In this document: one piece after another, positions 20,838 through 30,748 of the stretch
How positions within the stretch are numbered: the first letter of the stretch is position 1
Layout of the letters: every line of letters starts with the position of its first letter
Source of the DNA: Bacillota bacterium
Lineage (GTDB): Bacteria > Bacillota > Dethiobacteria > DTU022 > UBA8154
Reading direction: 5' to 3'
DNA length: 64,000 nucleotides
Assembly (NCBI GenBank): GCA_012518675.1
Contig: JAAYRR010000115.1
Location: 7,866-71,865, forward strand
The notes under the pieces: model-generated
Seen by the model: the letters and a program-made list of their open reading frames with translations, nothing else
Databases searched by the model: none
What the model was told of the DNA's origin: nothing
Program-made: the position numbers and the translations under genes

Positions 20838-21730
20838 GTAGACAAAAATTGGGGTTGGGCAAAGGACTGGGGGCTTTGATCCCTGAACTGCACACGGGGG
20901 CTGCTTCTACAGAGGGTAATGCCCGGGATAGCACGGTCGAAATTCCCCTAAGTAAAATTAAACCTAACCCCCACCAACCAAGAAAAGACTTTGATAAGGA
21001 AAAATTAAAGGAATTGGCAGAAACAATTCAACAATATGGGGTTTTACAACCTGTGATTGTCCAAAAAGCAGCCGAAGGATTCCTTTTGGTTACCGGTGAA
21101 AGAAGGTATCGTGCCGCGTTACAAGCTGGGCTGCAAACAATTCCCGCTTTGATTCGCGAATATGATACCCGTCAAATTATGGAGATTGCGCTTGTGGAAA
21201 ACCTGCAGCGGGAGGATTTGAATCCTTTGGAAGAGGCCACGGCTTATAAAAAACTTTTAGAAGAATATAATTACCTGCAGGAGGATTTAGCACAAAAACT
21301 GGGCCGTAGCCGGGCCGCAATTGCTAATACAGTCCGTTTATTAGCCCTGGATGAAGATGTACAAAATTATTTGGCAGCAGGCAGTTTGAATGCTGGACAG
21401 GCCCGGCCGTTGTTGGCTCTCAGCAGCGCCGATGAACAGCGTACCTTTGCTGCTAAAATAATAAAAGAAAAACTGAGTGTGAGACAAGTTGAGAAACTAG
21501 TGAAGGCCCATCTCAAAAAGGATGCGCTGCAAAATAAAATTCCGGAACCATCTTCGGAAAAACAGATCCAGGAATTATATCTAAAAGAATGTGCAGAAAA
21601 ATTGCGCAGATCCTACGGGACCCGGGTAGTGATCAAGCATGGCCCGCGGGAGGGCAAGGTGGAACTATCTTTTTATGGGGAAGAGGATCTGGAAAGATTA
21701 ATGGAGATATTGTTAAACGCCAGTTCATAA
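20834..21730 (+). CDS. spo0J: Chromosome partitioning protein ParB/Spo0J
   Basis: ParB box GERRYRAA and HTH; overlaps the soj stop. Confidence 0.93.
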   Translation: MSRQKLGLGKGLGALIPELHTGAASTEGNARDSTVEIPLSKIKPNPHQPRKDFDKEKLKELAETIQQYGVLQPVIVQKAAEGFLLVTGERRYRAALQAGLQTIPALIREYDTRQIMEIALVENLQREDLNPLEEATAYKKLLEEYNYLQEDLAQKLGRSRAAIANTVRLLALDEDVQNYLAAGSLNAGQARPLLALSSADEQRTFAAKIIKEKLSVRQVEKLVKAHLKKDALQNKIPEPSSEKQIQELYLKECAEKLRRSYGTRVVIKHGPREGKVELSFYGEEDLERLMEILLNASS

Positions 21731-21746
21731 TGTTTCACGTGAAACA
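21731..21746. promoter_or_regulatory. parS centromere-like site
   Basis: Perfect palindromic TGTTTCACGTGAAACA immediately after the spo0J stop. Confidence 0.85.
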
Positions 21747-21772
21747 TTATTTGGTGGGGGCGGCCAGCTTGC

Positions 21773-22378
21773 TTAAAGGGGAGAAAGCCATTCTGTTGTA
21801 GAGACAGCTTTAAAGATGCCCCTGCTGATAAATTGTGCCAATGGAAAAACAACACCCAGACGGGTGCTTTGCAGAATTAGCGCATCAAGAAAACCGCCGA
21901 CATTAACGACACCGGTAATATAAAAATCGCCGACGGGTGGGAGTTTTTTTTGAACAGCAGCACCGGGCAGAATGCTGCCCCGGCCAATTTCCAGGTAGCC
22001 GACTTTATTTTTTTGTCCCAAACAGGCATCTATGGCTAATATGGCAGCAGAATCAAAGTCTTTGGCCAGTAAATTCTGCGTTTCTTCCAAATTTAGGGCA
22101 TGTACCGGTCGGGAAAGGGTGCCCATCACAGTAACCTTTTGATGGCGGCAAAGAAGGCCTTCCAGATGGTGTCCCACCAGGGGGCCCAAAGAATCACCGG
22201 TGGAACGATCGCTACCAATGCCCAGGATAAGCAGCTGCGCAAAGCTGTCTTTAAATTCGTTAAACAGGGATACCAGAAGCCGGACAAAGTTACGGTGGGC
22301 GCCAATTGCCTGTGGATCAATATTTACAGGCAGGCCCAGATCGGTTTTTGGCACGGTTTTAAGGGTCAGGGAATGCAT
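21773..22378 (-). CDS. yyaC: Sporulation protein YyaC (GPR-like protease family)
   Basis: 201 aa; GIGSDRSTGDSLGP motif typical of YyaC/DUF1256; conserved origin-proximal location. Confidence 0.8.
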   Translation of the reverse strand: MHSLTLKTVPKTDLGLPVNIDPQAIGAHRNFVRLLVSLFNEFKDSFAQLLILGIGSDRSTGDSLGPLVGHHLEGLLCRHQKVTVMGTLSRPVHALNLEETQNLLAKDFDSAAILAIDACLGQKNKVGYLEIGRGSILPGAAVQKKLPPVGDFYITGVVNVGGFLDALILQSTRLGVVFPLAQFISRGIFKAVSTTEWLSPL

Positions 22379-22794
22379 GTAAAAACCTCTTTCCAGTCAT
22401 AAGCGGGGAAAATTAGAATAAATTGCAAGTAAAATTCTATTCCAGTCCCCATGAAAAGCGTTGCTTGTAGTGTTCGTCAGTATTTTCAGGGCAGGCATTG
22501 AGTTTATACGAAACTAGTGTTATGTTTGGCACAACAGTTGTTTTAGCAAACAAAGCTCCTAAAATTTTTTAAACAGGCACTGCCACTTTATAATGGCCTA
22601 ATAAAAAGAAAATTATGTGTTTCTACAGCAGGATTTTAAAAAACAGCGGAGAAACATGTACGCAGGCACAAAGGTTTAATGAAAACCCGTCAGGCGGGTA
22701 GGCTTGCCGGGGAAAGGGCTGGGTGGGAGTAAACTTTATCTACCCCGTTATTAATTTTCCGAAAATATTTAAAAAATGCGGAGGAGGAATTTTA

Positions 22795-23448
22795 ATGCTA
22801 ATTGTCATCATGGGGCCTCCCGGTGCGGGCAAGGGAACACAGGCCGAAAAATTGGCGAAAGAATTTGCTTTACCTCATATTTCCACCGGCGATATTTTTC
22901 GCAGCGCAGTAAAAGAAGGTACGGAAATGGGTAAAAAAGCAAAAGAATATATGGATAAAGGCATGTTGATTCCAGATGAAATTGTAATTGGGATTGTTAA
23001 GGAGAGGTTGTCCAAACCGGATTGCAGTGCAGGCGTTCTTTTAGACGGGTTTCCCCGTACAGTAGAACAAGCTGAAGCACTTGATGAGGTTCTGGACGAA
23101 CTCCAGCTAAAAATTAGTGCGGTAGTGAATGTTGATGTCCATGAGGAAGAACTGATCGGCCGTTTAACAGGCAGAAGGGTTTGTCGGAACTGTGGGGCTA
23201 CTTATCATCTTAAATTTAACCCTCCCAAGGTGCGCAATATCTGCGATCATTGTAGCGGCGAACTCTATCAACGGAGCGATGATACCATCGACACCGTGAA
23301 GGAAAGGCTGGCTATTTACCAAAAGCAGACCTTCCCGATTATTGAGTATTATGAACACCAGGATCTTTTTAAAAATATAGATGGCGCGCGTGATATTGAT
23401 GCAGTGTTTGCAGATCTTGCAGATCATTTAAAAAAGACTAAGGACTAA
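22795..23448 (+). CDS. adk: Adenylate kinase (Zn-lid type)
   Basis: ATG after GGAGGAGG; [17 protein letters not shown]-loop; LID domain CRNCGATYH...CDHCSG (Cys4). Confidence 0.93.
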   Translation: MLIVIMGPPGAGKGTQAEKLAKEFALPHISTGDIFRSAVKEGTEMGKKAKEYMDKGMLIPDEIVIGIVKERLSKPDCSAGVLLDGFPRTVEQAEALDEVLDELQLKISAVVNVDVHEEELIGRLTGRRVCRNCGATYHLKFNPPKVRNICDHCSGELYQRSDDTIDTVKERLAIYQKQTFPIIEYYEHQDLFKNIDGARDIDAVFADLADHLKKTKD

Positions 23449-23664
23449 TTTTTTTTAGAGAAACGGTGTTTCAGGCCAACGGTTTATTTTCGGCGGTCCT
23501 GCCCTGGTATTTTTTAGCGTAGGATGTAAAGGGTACTAATAAAAAGATAATTTAAACTGGCAGCTTTGGCGCGCCGAAATTAATTTTTATAGGCGGAATG
23601 TATTTCCCGCCTTATTCTTATTCTAAATTTTTTACAGTTCAGATAAAACTTAAGGTGAGGGATT

Positions 23665-23856
23665 ATGTACAAGTTAGGGCAAATTGTTCGTATGCGAAAA
23701 GCCCACCCCTGCGGTGGGGAACTGTGGCGCATTATCCGGATCGGCATGGATTTTCGTATTAAATGCTTGAAATGTGGCCGCAGTGTACTTTTGCCCAGGG
23801 CAAGGTTTGAACGAAAGGTAAAGGAAATTGTGGCCGCAACAGAGGAACAAGAATAA
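23665..23856 (+). CDS. DUF951 family small protein (YyzM-like)
   Basis: 63 aa, MYKLGQIVRMRKAHPCGGELWRIIRIGMDFRIKCLKCGRSVLLPRARFERKVK; conserved partner of ychF. Confidence 0.75.
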   Translation: MYKLGQIVRMRKAHPCGGELWRIIRIGMDFRIKCLKCGRSVLLPRARFERKVKEIVAATEEQE

Positions 23857-23874
23857 AAAATAAGGGGGAGAACC

Positions 23875-24972
23875 GTGGGTTTTAAATGTGGGCTAGTCGG
23901 GTTACCCAATGTTGGCAAGTCAACCCTGTTTACAGCTCTTTCCAGTTTGCCGGTGGAAAGGGCCAAATATCCCTTTGCAACTGTAGAGCCCAACAGGGCT
24001 GTTGTTCCGGTTTTGGATCAGCGTTTGCTAAAAGTTGCCAGCCTGGCTTCTTCTACGGAGATTACACCGGCTACGCTCATTATTGTGGACATTGCCGGCC
24101 TGATTACAGGTGCCAGCAAAGGGGAGGGCCTGGGAAACCGCTTTTTAGCCCACATCCGGGAAATGGATCTGCTTCTCCATGTGGTACGGGGTTTTAAGGC
24201 ACCGGATGTTCCGCATCTGGCAGGCGAACCTGATCCGCGCCGGGATAAGGAAATTGTTGAACTGGAATTAATCTTGGCTGATTTGGATGTCTTGGAAAGA
24301 AGGCTCGAAAAGGTGCAGCGCAGTGCCAAAGCTTTGCCCAGGGAGGCGGCAGCAGAGGAAAAAATTTTATTAAGGTTGCACAACCATCTTTCAGGGGGTA
24401 AAACAGCCCGCAGTCTTGACCTGCCGGCAAAGGAAAAAACTGTGTTGGCCCCTTTACAGCTCTTAACAGCCAAGCCTGTTGTCTATGTGGTTAATTTAGA
24501 CGAGGAAGATCTTTCTGCAAAGGAACCGGCAGCCGTTAAGGAACTAAAAATAATGGCAGAAGCAGAAGGGGCACCTGTAATCGGCGTGTGCGCCTCTTTG
24601 GAGGGTGAACTGGAGGAGATGGAAGAGGAGGAAAAAAAACTGTTTCTGCAGGAATACGGGCTGCAAGAAACAAGTTTAAACAGGCTGGTCAGGGTAGGTT
24701 ATAATTTTTTGGATTTAATCACCTTTTTTACAATCAAAGGTACCGAGGCCCGGGCCTGGACCGTAAAAAAGGGTGCTACCGCCCGCCAAGGGGCAGGGGA
24801 AGTGCACAGCGATATGGAAAGGGGGTTTATTGCTGCTGAAGTTATTAACTGGGAAGAGCTGCTCCGGGCCGGTTCTGTGGCAGCTGCTAAGGAACAGGGA
24901 ATTTTAAGGCTGGAAGGCAAGGAATACTGCCTGCAAGACGGAGATGTGGTCTCTTTTCGTTTCAATATTTAG
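23875..24972 (+). CDS. ychF: Ribosome-binding ATPase YchF
   Basis: GTG start; MGFKCGLVGLPNVGKSTLF, with C-terminal TGS domain. Confidence 0.95.
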   Translation: MGFKCGLVGLPNVGKSTLFTALSSLPVERAKYPFATVEPNRAVVPVLDQRLLKVASLASSTEITPATLIIVDIAGLITGASKGEGLGNRFLAHIREMDLLLHVVRGFKAPDVPHLAGEPDPRRDKEIVELELILADLDVLERRLEKVQRSAKALPREAAAEEKILLRLHNHLSGGKTARSLDLPAKEKTVLAPLQLLTAKPVVYVVNLDEEDLSAKEPAAVKELKIMAEAEGAPVIGVCASLEGELEEMEEEEKKLFLQEYGLQETSLNRLVRVGYNFLDLITFFTIKGTEARAWTVKKGATARQGAGEVHSDMERGFIAAEVINWEELLRAGSVAAAKEQGILRLEGKEYCLQDGDVVSFRFNI

Positions 24973-24999
24973 CACCCTGGAAAGGAAAGCAGAAAGTTA

Positions 25000-26037
25000 A
25001 TGAAAAGCATAACAGCTAAGGATTTAACTAAAATTATTATTTTGGTAGCTTTTTTAGCCGGCCTGGCCTGGTTTCTGGGCCGTATTTCCTGGGTAATACA
25101 ACTGTTGATCATCAGTCTTTTAATTGTTTACGTTCTTTTTCCCCTCACAGAGCTGTTGGAAAACCGTTACAGGTTTCCCCATTTTCCTGCGGTGGGAGTT
25201 GTTTTTTTATTTTTTTTATTGGTAATCATCGCTATCATCAGCCTGATTATTCCTGTTTTGCAAAAGGAAACCAAGGATATAATCCGGGATTTCCCTTTCT
25301 ACCTCAAGCAGTTTCAGTTTTATTTGGAGGAAGTTTCTAATTACCTCACCAATATTGACTTAAGTCCGGATTTAATGAATGCCCTCTTACAGCTGCCGTC
25401 AAAACTCCAGCCTGCTCTGGAGGAATTTGCATCCTATAGTATTTCGCTGGTATTCAGTGTGGTAGATATATTTTTTATTTTATTCATTGTTTTCTATTTG
25501 TTGTATGACTTTCGGAGTGTCCGTCAGGCTATACTCAAACTGGTACCCGCAGTATATACACGTTATGCACGGGACGTTCTACAGATTATTGATCGTAACA
25601 TGGGCGGTTATATACGGGGTAATATTGTGCGTTGTTCGGTAGTGGGTATTCTTACCGGGGTTGTCCTTTCTATTTTGGGGATGCCCTACGCGCTGCTTTT
25701 GGGCATTATCGCGGGTATTTTAAATATTGTTCTTTACATTGGCCCCTATGTTGCTGCCATACCGGCAGTTATTTTAAGTTTTTCCAGCAATACGCCTTCC
25801 ACCTTAGTTACAATCATTGTTTATATTGCTGTCCAAACTATAGACGGTATCATTTTATCACCACTGCTATTGGGCCGGGCTGTAAGGCTGAAACCTATAA
25901 CTGTAATTTTTAGTTTGTTGGTCGGGCAGCAGCTGGCCGGGGTTTTGGGTATGATTTTAGGGGTGCCCCTTGCCGGGATTATTAGAAGCCTGCTCATTTA
26001 CGTGGAGGAAGAAAGAAAAAAGACAGGTACAATTTGA
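25000..26037 (+). CDS. AI-2E family transporter (PerM/UPF0118)
   Basis: 345 aa polytopic membrane protein with the AI-2E topology and characteristic C-terminal region. Confidence 0.8.
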   Translation: MKSITAKDLTKIIILVAFLAGLAWFLGRISWVIQLLIISLLIVYVLFPLTELLENRYRFPHFPAVGVVFLFFLLVIIAIISLIIPVLQKETKDIIRDFPFYLKQFQFYLEEVSNYLTNIDLSPDLMNALLQLPSKLQPALEEFASYSISLVFSVVDIFFILFIVFYLLYDFRSVRQAILKLVPAVYTRYARDVLQIIDRNMGGYIRGNIVRCSVVGILTGVVLSILGMPYALLLGIIAGILNIVLYIGPYVAAIPAVILSFSSNTPSTLVTIIVYIAVQTIDGIILSPLLLGRAVRLKPITVIFSLLVGQQLAGVLGMILGVPLAGIIRSLLIYVEEERKKTGTI

Positions 26038-26192
26038 AAACAATAACTGTGATTACCATCAAAGTATATTTATTGCCTTTTTATTTTTGTATTTTGTAAG
26101 GTGATGTGTTAAAATTGTGCTTGTATTATCCAATAATATCCCTGCTCCTATGGGAAATGGGGGCCGTGTAGACCAGAGGGAGGTGAAAAAGA

Positions 26193-26672
26193 ATGTCATT
26201 GTATGAAATTATGTTTATCGTCCAACCTGATCGGGAAGGGGAGGCCCTGGAAGAGGCTGTTTTCAAAGTTAAAGAGGTGGTTGAAAGGGAAAACGGCGAA
26301 GTGGTTTCTCTTAAGAAATTAGGCAAAAGAAGGCTGGCCTATGAGATCAACGAACATCGCGAGGGTTCCTATATTCTGGCCCATGTGCAAGCCGGTAAGG
26401 AAGTTATCCCTGTGCTGGAACACTTTTTTAAGGTAAATGAAGGCTATTTGCGCTACATCGTGATTCGTTTGGATGAAGAAAAACAGGAACAAGCAGGTGT
26501 ATCTGCTACCGGGGAAAACATTCTCTTGGAAAAGGAAGCGGTTGAAGAATCGACTGCAGATAATGTACAGGCAGAAGTTGCCCCGGTTGAGGCCGCCCCT
26601 GTGGAAAGCACTGTTGAAAAAGAGACGGGAGCTGCGGGGGAGGCACAAAACGAAGGCCAGGGTACAGCATAG
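26193..26672 (+). CDS. rpsF: 30S ribosomal protein S6 with acidic C-terminal extension
   Basis: MSLYEIMFIVQPD...RRLAYEIN core, followed by a ~60 aa Glu/Ala-rich tail. Confidence 0.92.
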   Translation: MSLYEIMFIVQPDREGEALEEAVFKVKEVVERENGEVVSLKKLGKRRLAYEINEHREGSYILAHVQAGKEVIPVLEHFFKVNEGYLRYIVIRLDEEKQEQAGVSATGENILLEKEAVEESTADNVQAEVAPVEAAPVESTVEKETGAAGEAQNEGQGTA

Positions 26673-26719
26673 CCTTCTTTTTTTCTTTACTGTAAAGATG
26701 AGTATTATGGGGTGAAACA

Positions 26720-27127
26720 ATGAATTGCGTAAATTTAATCGGGCACCTGGCGCAGGATCCGGAATTACGATACACGCCCGGGGAAGGGACTGCCGTTGCC
26801 AACTTTACATTGGCGGTTAACCGCCCTTTTCTAAACCAGAAAGGGGAAAGGGAGGCAGATTTTATCAGGATAGTAACCTGGAGAAAACTTGCCGAAAGTT
26901 GTGCACGCAATCTTTCCAAGGGCAGGCAGGTGGCCGTGGAAGGACGTTTACAGATTCGTTCCTATGATGACCGGGAAGGTATCCGGCGGATAGCGGCGGA
27001 GGTTGTAGCCCGCAGTGTTCATTTTCTGGGCGGGCGCCGCGAACAAGCACCGGCTGCCCGTGACGGTCTGGATGATACTTTCATAGAGGACGGTGTGGAA
27101 ATTAAAGATGAAGATGTTCCTTTTTAG
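26720..27127 (+). CDS. ssb: Single-stranded DNA-binding protein
   Basis: OB-fold (VNLIGHLAQDPELRYTPGEGTAVANFTLAV) and acidic tip DEDVPF. Confidence 0.93.
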   Translation: MNCVNLIGHLAQDPELRYTPGEGTAVANFTLAVNRPFLNQKGEREADFIRIVTWRKLAESCARNLSKGRQVAVEGRLQIRSYDDREGIRRIAAEVVARSVHFLGGRREQAPAARDGLDDTFIEDGVEIKDEDVPF

Positions 27128-27248
27128 GTAAAAATGGTCGTTATAAAAACGACTGTTAAGGGGAACGTGGAAGGGAGGTTAAACCAGCCCTTACAGGTAG
27201 AGGCTGTTTCCAGTAGGCTGCAGCATGTGCAGTAGGGCTGTAAATAAT

Positions 27249-27476
27249 ATGCGCAGGGAAAGACGCAGAGGTAGAAGAAGAGTATGTGCGTTTTGTGTAG
27301 ATAAGGTAGATACAATCGATTATAAACAAGCCGACAAGTTGCGCCGTTTTATTACGGAAAGAGGGAAGATCTTGCCGCGACGTATTTCCGGGAACTGTGC
27401 CCGGCATCAGCGGCAACTGACTGTGGCCATCAAGCGGGCCAGGCAGATGGCTTTGTTGCCGTATACTTCAGAATAG
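27249..27476 (+). CDS. rpsR: 30S ribosomal protein S18
   Basis: [16 protein letters not shown]...[35 protein letters not shown]. Confidence 0.92.
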   Translation: MRRERRRGRRRVCAFCVDKVDTIDYKQADKLRRFITERGKILPRRISGNCARHQRQLTVAIKRARQMALLPYTSE

Positions 27477-27479
27477 GCG

Positions 27480-27830
27480 GGGACGCCCTGCCGGAAAAGG
27501 TTAGGCGGTGTTTTTGCGGCGGGCAGCAGGGCTCGGCTACAGTCTGCGGGTGCCTGCCGGGGGGGCTCCCTTCCAGGGTCGCCCCCCGGCTGCCGACCTC
27601 TTGTCGTCAGGCCTTCCTGCGCCCCGGGCCTTGTTCGCGCCTTCATGCCGGGCGGACGATACACTTTTTCTGCCGGGCGTTCCCCGGTGTGGTTTAAGGG
27701 CAGGGGCCCAAGCCCGCCGGTGGCAGGAAAAGGATAGGCGGCGTTGTTGGCGGTGGGCTGCCGGGCGGTGGTTTTCGGTATTTAATTCCTACCGGGGGAA
27801 GGCAGGAGATCTGGTAAACGCAGCGAAATT
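27480..27830. repeat. GC-rich (~70%) non-coding island bounded by ~35-nt imperfect direct repeats
   Basis: Direct repeat 1 at 27491-27526 (CCGGAAAAGGTTAGGCGGTGTTTTTGCGGCGGGCAG) and direct repeat 2 at 27724-27760 (CAGGAAAAGGATAGGCGGCGTTGTTGGCGGTGGGCTG), about 29/33 identical. The intervening 200 nt is extremely GC-rich. ORFs here have Arg/Ala/Gly-dominated composition typical of noise. Confidence 0.6.
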
Positions 27831-27850
27831 TTAACGGGGAGGGCGCCGGT

Positions 27851-28162
27851 GTGGATGATGTAGAGCTGATTAAAAATATTCGTTTGATCGAACGCTTAAA
27901 ATGCGGCCTCCTGCAGTGGTTGGCTGATCTTTTTTTTGCCCTTCACGACAAACCGGAGCAGATGATTATAGATGCCTTAAGCAGCCTGGTTCTTTATTGT
28001 TACCTTTTAGGCAACCGGGTGGGAATTAGTTTTAACCGTCTTGATCGGGCTATTCGGGAAAAAGTGAAGACTTACCTGCAGACGGAAGAATTGCAGGAAC
28101 ATGGGATACCTGCTGCAGAGTTGGTAGATTTTTTACGTTACCGGGAAAGTTTGCGCAGTTGA
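27851..28162 (+). CDS. Hypothetical small protein (103 aa; possibly MazG-like family)
   Basis: GTG start 8 nt after GGGGAGGG; no motif recognised with confidence. It occupies the rpsR-rplI interval where Firmicutes usually carry yybS/gdpP. Confidence 0.5.
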   Translation: MDDVELIKNIRLIERLKCGLLQWLADLFFALHDKPEQMIIDALSSLVLYCYLLGNRVGISFNRLDRAIREKVKTYLQTEELQEHGIPAAELVDFLRYRESLRS

Positions 28163-28234
28163 TTTTAAGATATCTGCGCAGGCCTGTTTGCCGGCCGTAT
28201 ATTTGTCTAGTTTTAAGAAAGGGGCTGGTAAAAA

Positions 28235-28687
28235 GTGAAGGTTATTTTTTTGGAGGAGGTCCCCAACGTAGGGGAAAAAGGAGAGATTAAGGATGTAGCT
28301 GCGGGCTATGCACGCAACTATCTAATCCCGAAAGGCCTGGCCCAACGGGCTACGCCCGGTCGTCTTAAAGATTTAAAAATGCAGGCTGAAGCCAAGGCCC
28401 GGAAAACTGCCAAGGAAATTCAGGCAGCCCAGAAAATAGTGGCCAAGCTGGCAGGGAAACAAGTTAACATTAAGGTAAAAGCCGGGGAGGAAGGGCGTCT
28501 GTTTGGTTCTGTTACCTCTGCTGATATTGCCCAAGCGCTTGTGGCACAAGGTATTAAGGTGGATAAGAAAAAAATTGAACTGGGAGATTACATTAAATCC
28601 CTGGGAGACTATACAGTGCAGATTAAACTGCATCCGGAGGTAGCTGCTTCTATAAATGTAATTGTAGAAAAAGCTGAAGAGGAATAA
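28235..28687 (+). CDS. rplI: 50S ribosomal protein L9
   Basis: [32 protein letters not shown]. Confidence 0.95.
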   Translation: MKVIFLEEVPNVGEKGEIKDVAAGYARNYLIPKGLAQRATPGRLKDLKMQAEAKARKTAKEIQAAQKIVAKLAGKQVNIKVKAGEEGRLFGSVTSADIAQALVAQGIKVDKKKIELGDYIKSLGDYTVQIKLHPEVAASINVIVEKAEEE

Positions 28688-28753
28688 GGATACTCCTGGA
28701 AAGGAGGTTGGCGGGGGATATAGCTTCTTGCGGCTATATCTTTCGCTGCTGTT

Positions 28754-30748
28754 ATGCAAAAATATTCAAACAATTTACTTCCTGTCTTTCCTAAGCTTAG
28801 CAGGGAAGGTTTGCAGAAAAAAATTAAAGCTTTTTATGAACTGCTGACTACAATTTATGGTGCTGATAAACTGATTTTAAAGGCTACAAAATTTGAAGCC
28901 TTAAAGCTGATACAATCCCCGCGCTTGGAAGAAAAGGTGCTGGGTTTGCAGAAAATTGTTTTTGAGGATCCGACGCTGGATCAAATTCCCCCGTTTAAAA
29001 AAGTGCCGGCTGTTTTAGATGAACTGGAGGAACAGGCGGCTGAAATAATGGCCCGCCGCCTGCTTAAAGAATCTCTTGAAAAAAGGGTTAACCTTAAACT
29101 GCAGGAACGGCATGAAGATTATATCAGGGAAGTAAAAGAACAGCTGCTTAAAGAAGAGGCGGGTCCGGAAAATTCCCGGACGCTGAAAAAATATGCCCTG
29201 TTGGAGAAAATGTTTGCCGAGGAACTTTCTCATTCTGCACTGGAGTTTTTACGACCGGCCAGCCTTAAGGAAATAGTGGGGCAGGAGAGGGGTATCCGGG
29301 CGTTGATGTCCAAGTTGGCTTCACCTTTTCCCCAGCATCTAATTATCTACGGGCCGCCCGGTGTGGGAAAAACAGCAGCAGCCCGCCTGGCACTGGAGAC
29401 TGCTAAAAAAACAGCCCATGCTCCTTTTAGCAGTGCGGCCCCCTTTGTTGAGGTTGACGCCGCTACGTTGCGCTGGGACCCCCGGGAAACGGCCAACCCC
29501 CTTCTGGGTTCCGTGCATGATCCCATCTACCAGGGGGCCAGGCGGGAACTGGGTGAAGGGGGTATTCCCGAACCAAAACCGGGCCTGGTGAGCGAGGCCC
29601 ACGGCGGGGTACTTTTTATTGATGAAATCGGGGAGATGGATCTGCGGCTGCAAAACAAGCTGCTTAAAGTTCTGGAGGATAAACGCGTTTATTTTGATTC
29701 AGCTTATTATGATCCCGCTGCCTCCCAGGTACCGAAATATATTCATAAATTATTTGCAGAGGGCGCGCCGGCGGATTTTGTTTTAGTGGGGGCTACTACC
29801 AAAGCTTCAGCGGAGATCTCCCCGGCCTTGAAATCAAGGTGCAGTGCAGTATACTTTGAGCCTCTTTCCCCGGAGGATATTCAAAAAATTGTAAAGAACG
29901 CCGCTAAAAGGTTGGCGGTAAAAATATCCCCTGCTGCGGTGGAACTGATTTCCCGTTATACAAGTGAGGGGAGAAGTGCAATTAAACTGTTGGCGGATGC
30001 TTACGGGCTGGCGCTCTACAGCTTATCGGAAACAAAGAGCGGCGGCAACGGTTTCCTTGCAGGTACCGGCAAAAATGGCCTCCAGGCTTCAGCACATAAA
30101 AACCGGCCTGGGAAACCCCAACAGGTTGTGCTGGGCAAGGAAATTATGGAGGAGGTTATCCAAAGTAACCGCCTGCTGCCGCTGGTTTGGCAGCGGCATA
30201 CAGCTGAGGCACAAATCGGGAAGATTTATGGCCTGGCAGCGGCAGGTTATTTGGGGACGGTATTGGAAATTGAAGCCATCTCCTTCAAGGCCTCCCAACC
30301 CGGCAAGGGTAAAATAAGGTTTAATGAGGCTGCCGGCGTGATGGCCCGGGACTCTGTTTTTAACGCTGCTTCTGTGTTGCGCAAGGTTTGTGGCCTGGAT
30401 ATCAGTGAATACGATCTACATATTAATGTAATCGGCGGTGCCAACATAGAAGGCCCTTCCGCCGGTGCAGCCTTGTTTCTGGCTCTGTATAGTGCCTTAA
30501 AACAGGTGCCGCTGCGCCAGGATGTTGCTGTCAGCGGTGAACTGTCCCTGCAAGGCAAGATTAAGTCCGTCGGGGGGCTGTCGGAAAAACTGTATGGCGC
30601 CCGGATAGCAGGCGTGCGTGAGGTTTTTTTACCGCAAGAAAATTATAACGAATTGTTTTTTTCCCTGCAGGGTATCAAAATTAATTACGTGGCCGGCGTA
30701 GAAGATTTGCTGCCCCTTGTCTTGGTACAGGAGGCTGAAGAAAAATGA
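28754..30748 (+). CDS. lonC: Lon-family ATP-dependent protease, LonC-like (sporeformer type)
   Basis: AAA+ Walker A GPPGVGKTAAARL; Lon proteolytic domain with catalytic Ser in GPSAGAA. Located between rplI and dnaB as described for LonC. Confidence 0.8.
   Translation: MQKYSNNLLPVFPKLSREGLQKKIKAFYELLTTIYGADKLILKATKFEALKLIQSPRLEEKVLGLQKIVFEDPTLDQIPPFKKVPAVLDELEEQAAEIMARRLLKESLEKRVNLKLQERHEDYIREVKEQLLKEEAGPENSRTLKKYALLEKMFAEELSHSALEFLRPASLKEIVGQERGIRALMSKLASPFPQHLIIYGPPGVGKTAAARLALETAKKTAHAPFSSAAPFVEVDAATLRWDPRETANPLLGSVHDPIYQGARRELGEGGIPEPKPGLVSEAHGGVLFIDEIGEMDLRLQNKLLKVLEDKRVYFDSAYYDPAASQVPKYIHKLFAEGAPADFVLVGATTKASAEISPALKSRCSAVYFEPLSPEDIQKIVKNAAKRLAVKISPAAVELISRYTSEGRSAIKLLADAYGLALYSLSETKSGGNGFLAGTGKNGLQASAHKNRPGKPQQVVLGKEIMEEVIQSNRLLPLVWQRHTAEAQIGKIYGLAAAGYLGTVLEIEAISFKASQPGKGKIRFNEAAGVMARDSVFNAASVLRKVCGLDISEYDLHINVIGGANIEGPSAGAALFLALYSALKQVPLRQDVAVSGELSLQGKIKSVGGLSEKLYGARIAGVREVFLPQENYNELFFSLQGIKINYVAGVEDLLPLVLVQEAEEK

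Noticed and set aside
27508-27834. 108-aa plus-strand ORF (and 85-aa minus-strand ORF 27407-27664) inside the GC-rich island
   Set aside because: Composition is Arg/Ala/Gly/Pro-dominated with no motifs, which is typical of spurious ORFs in high-GC DNA. The minus-strand ORF overlaps rpsR antisense. Treated as non-coding.
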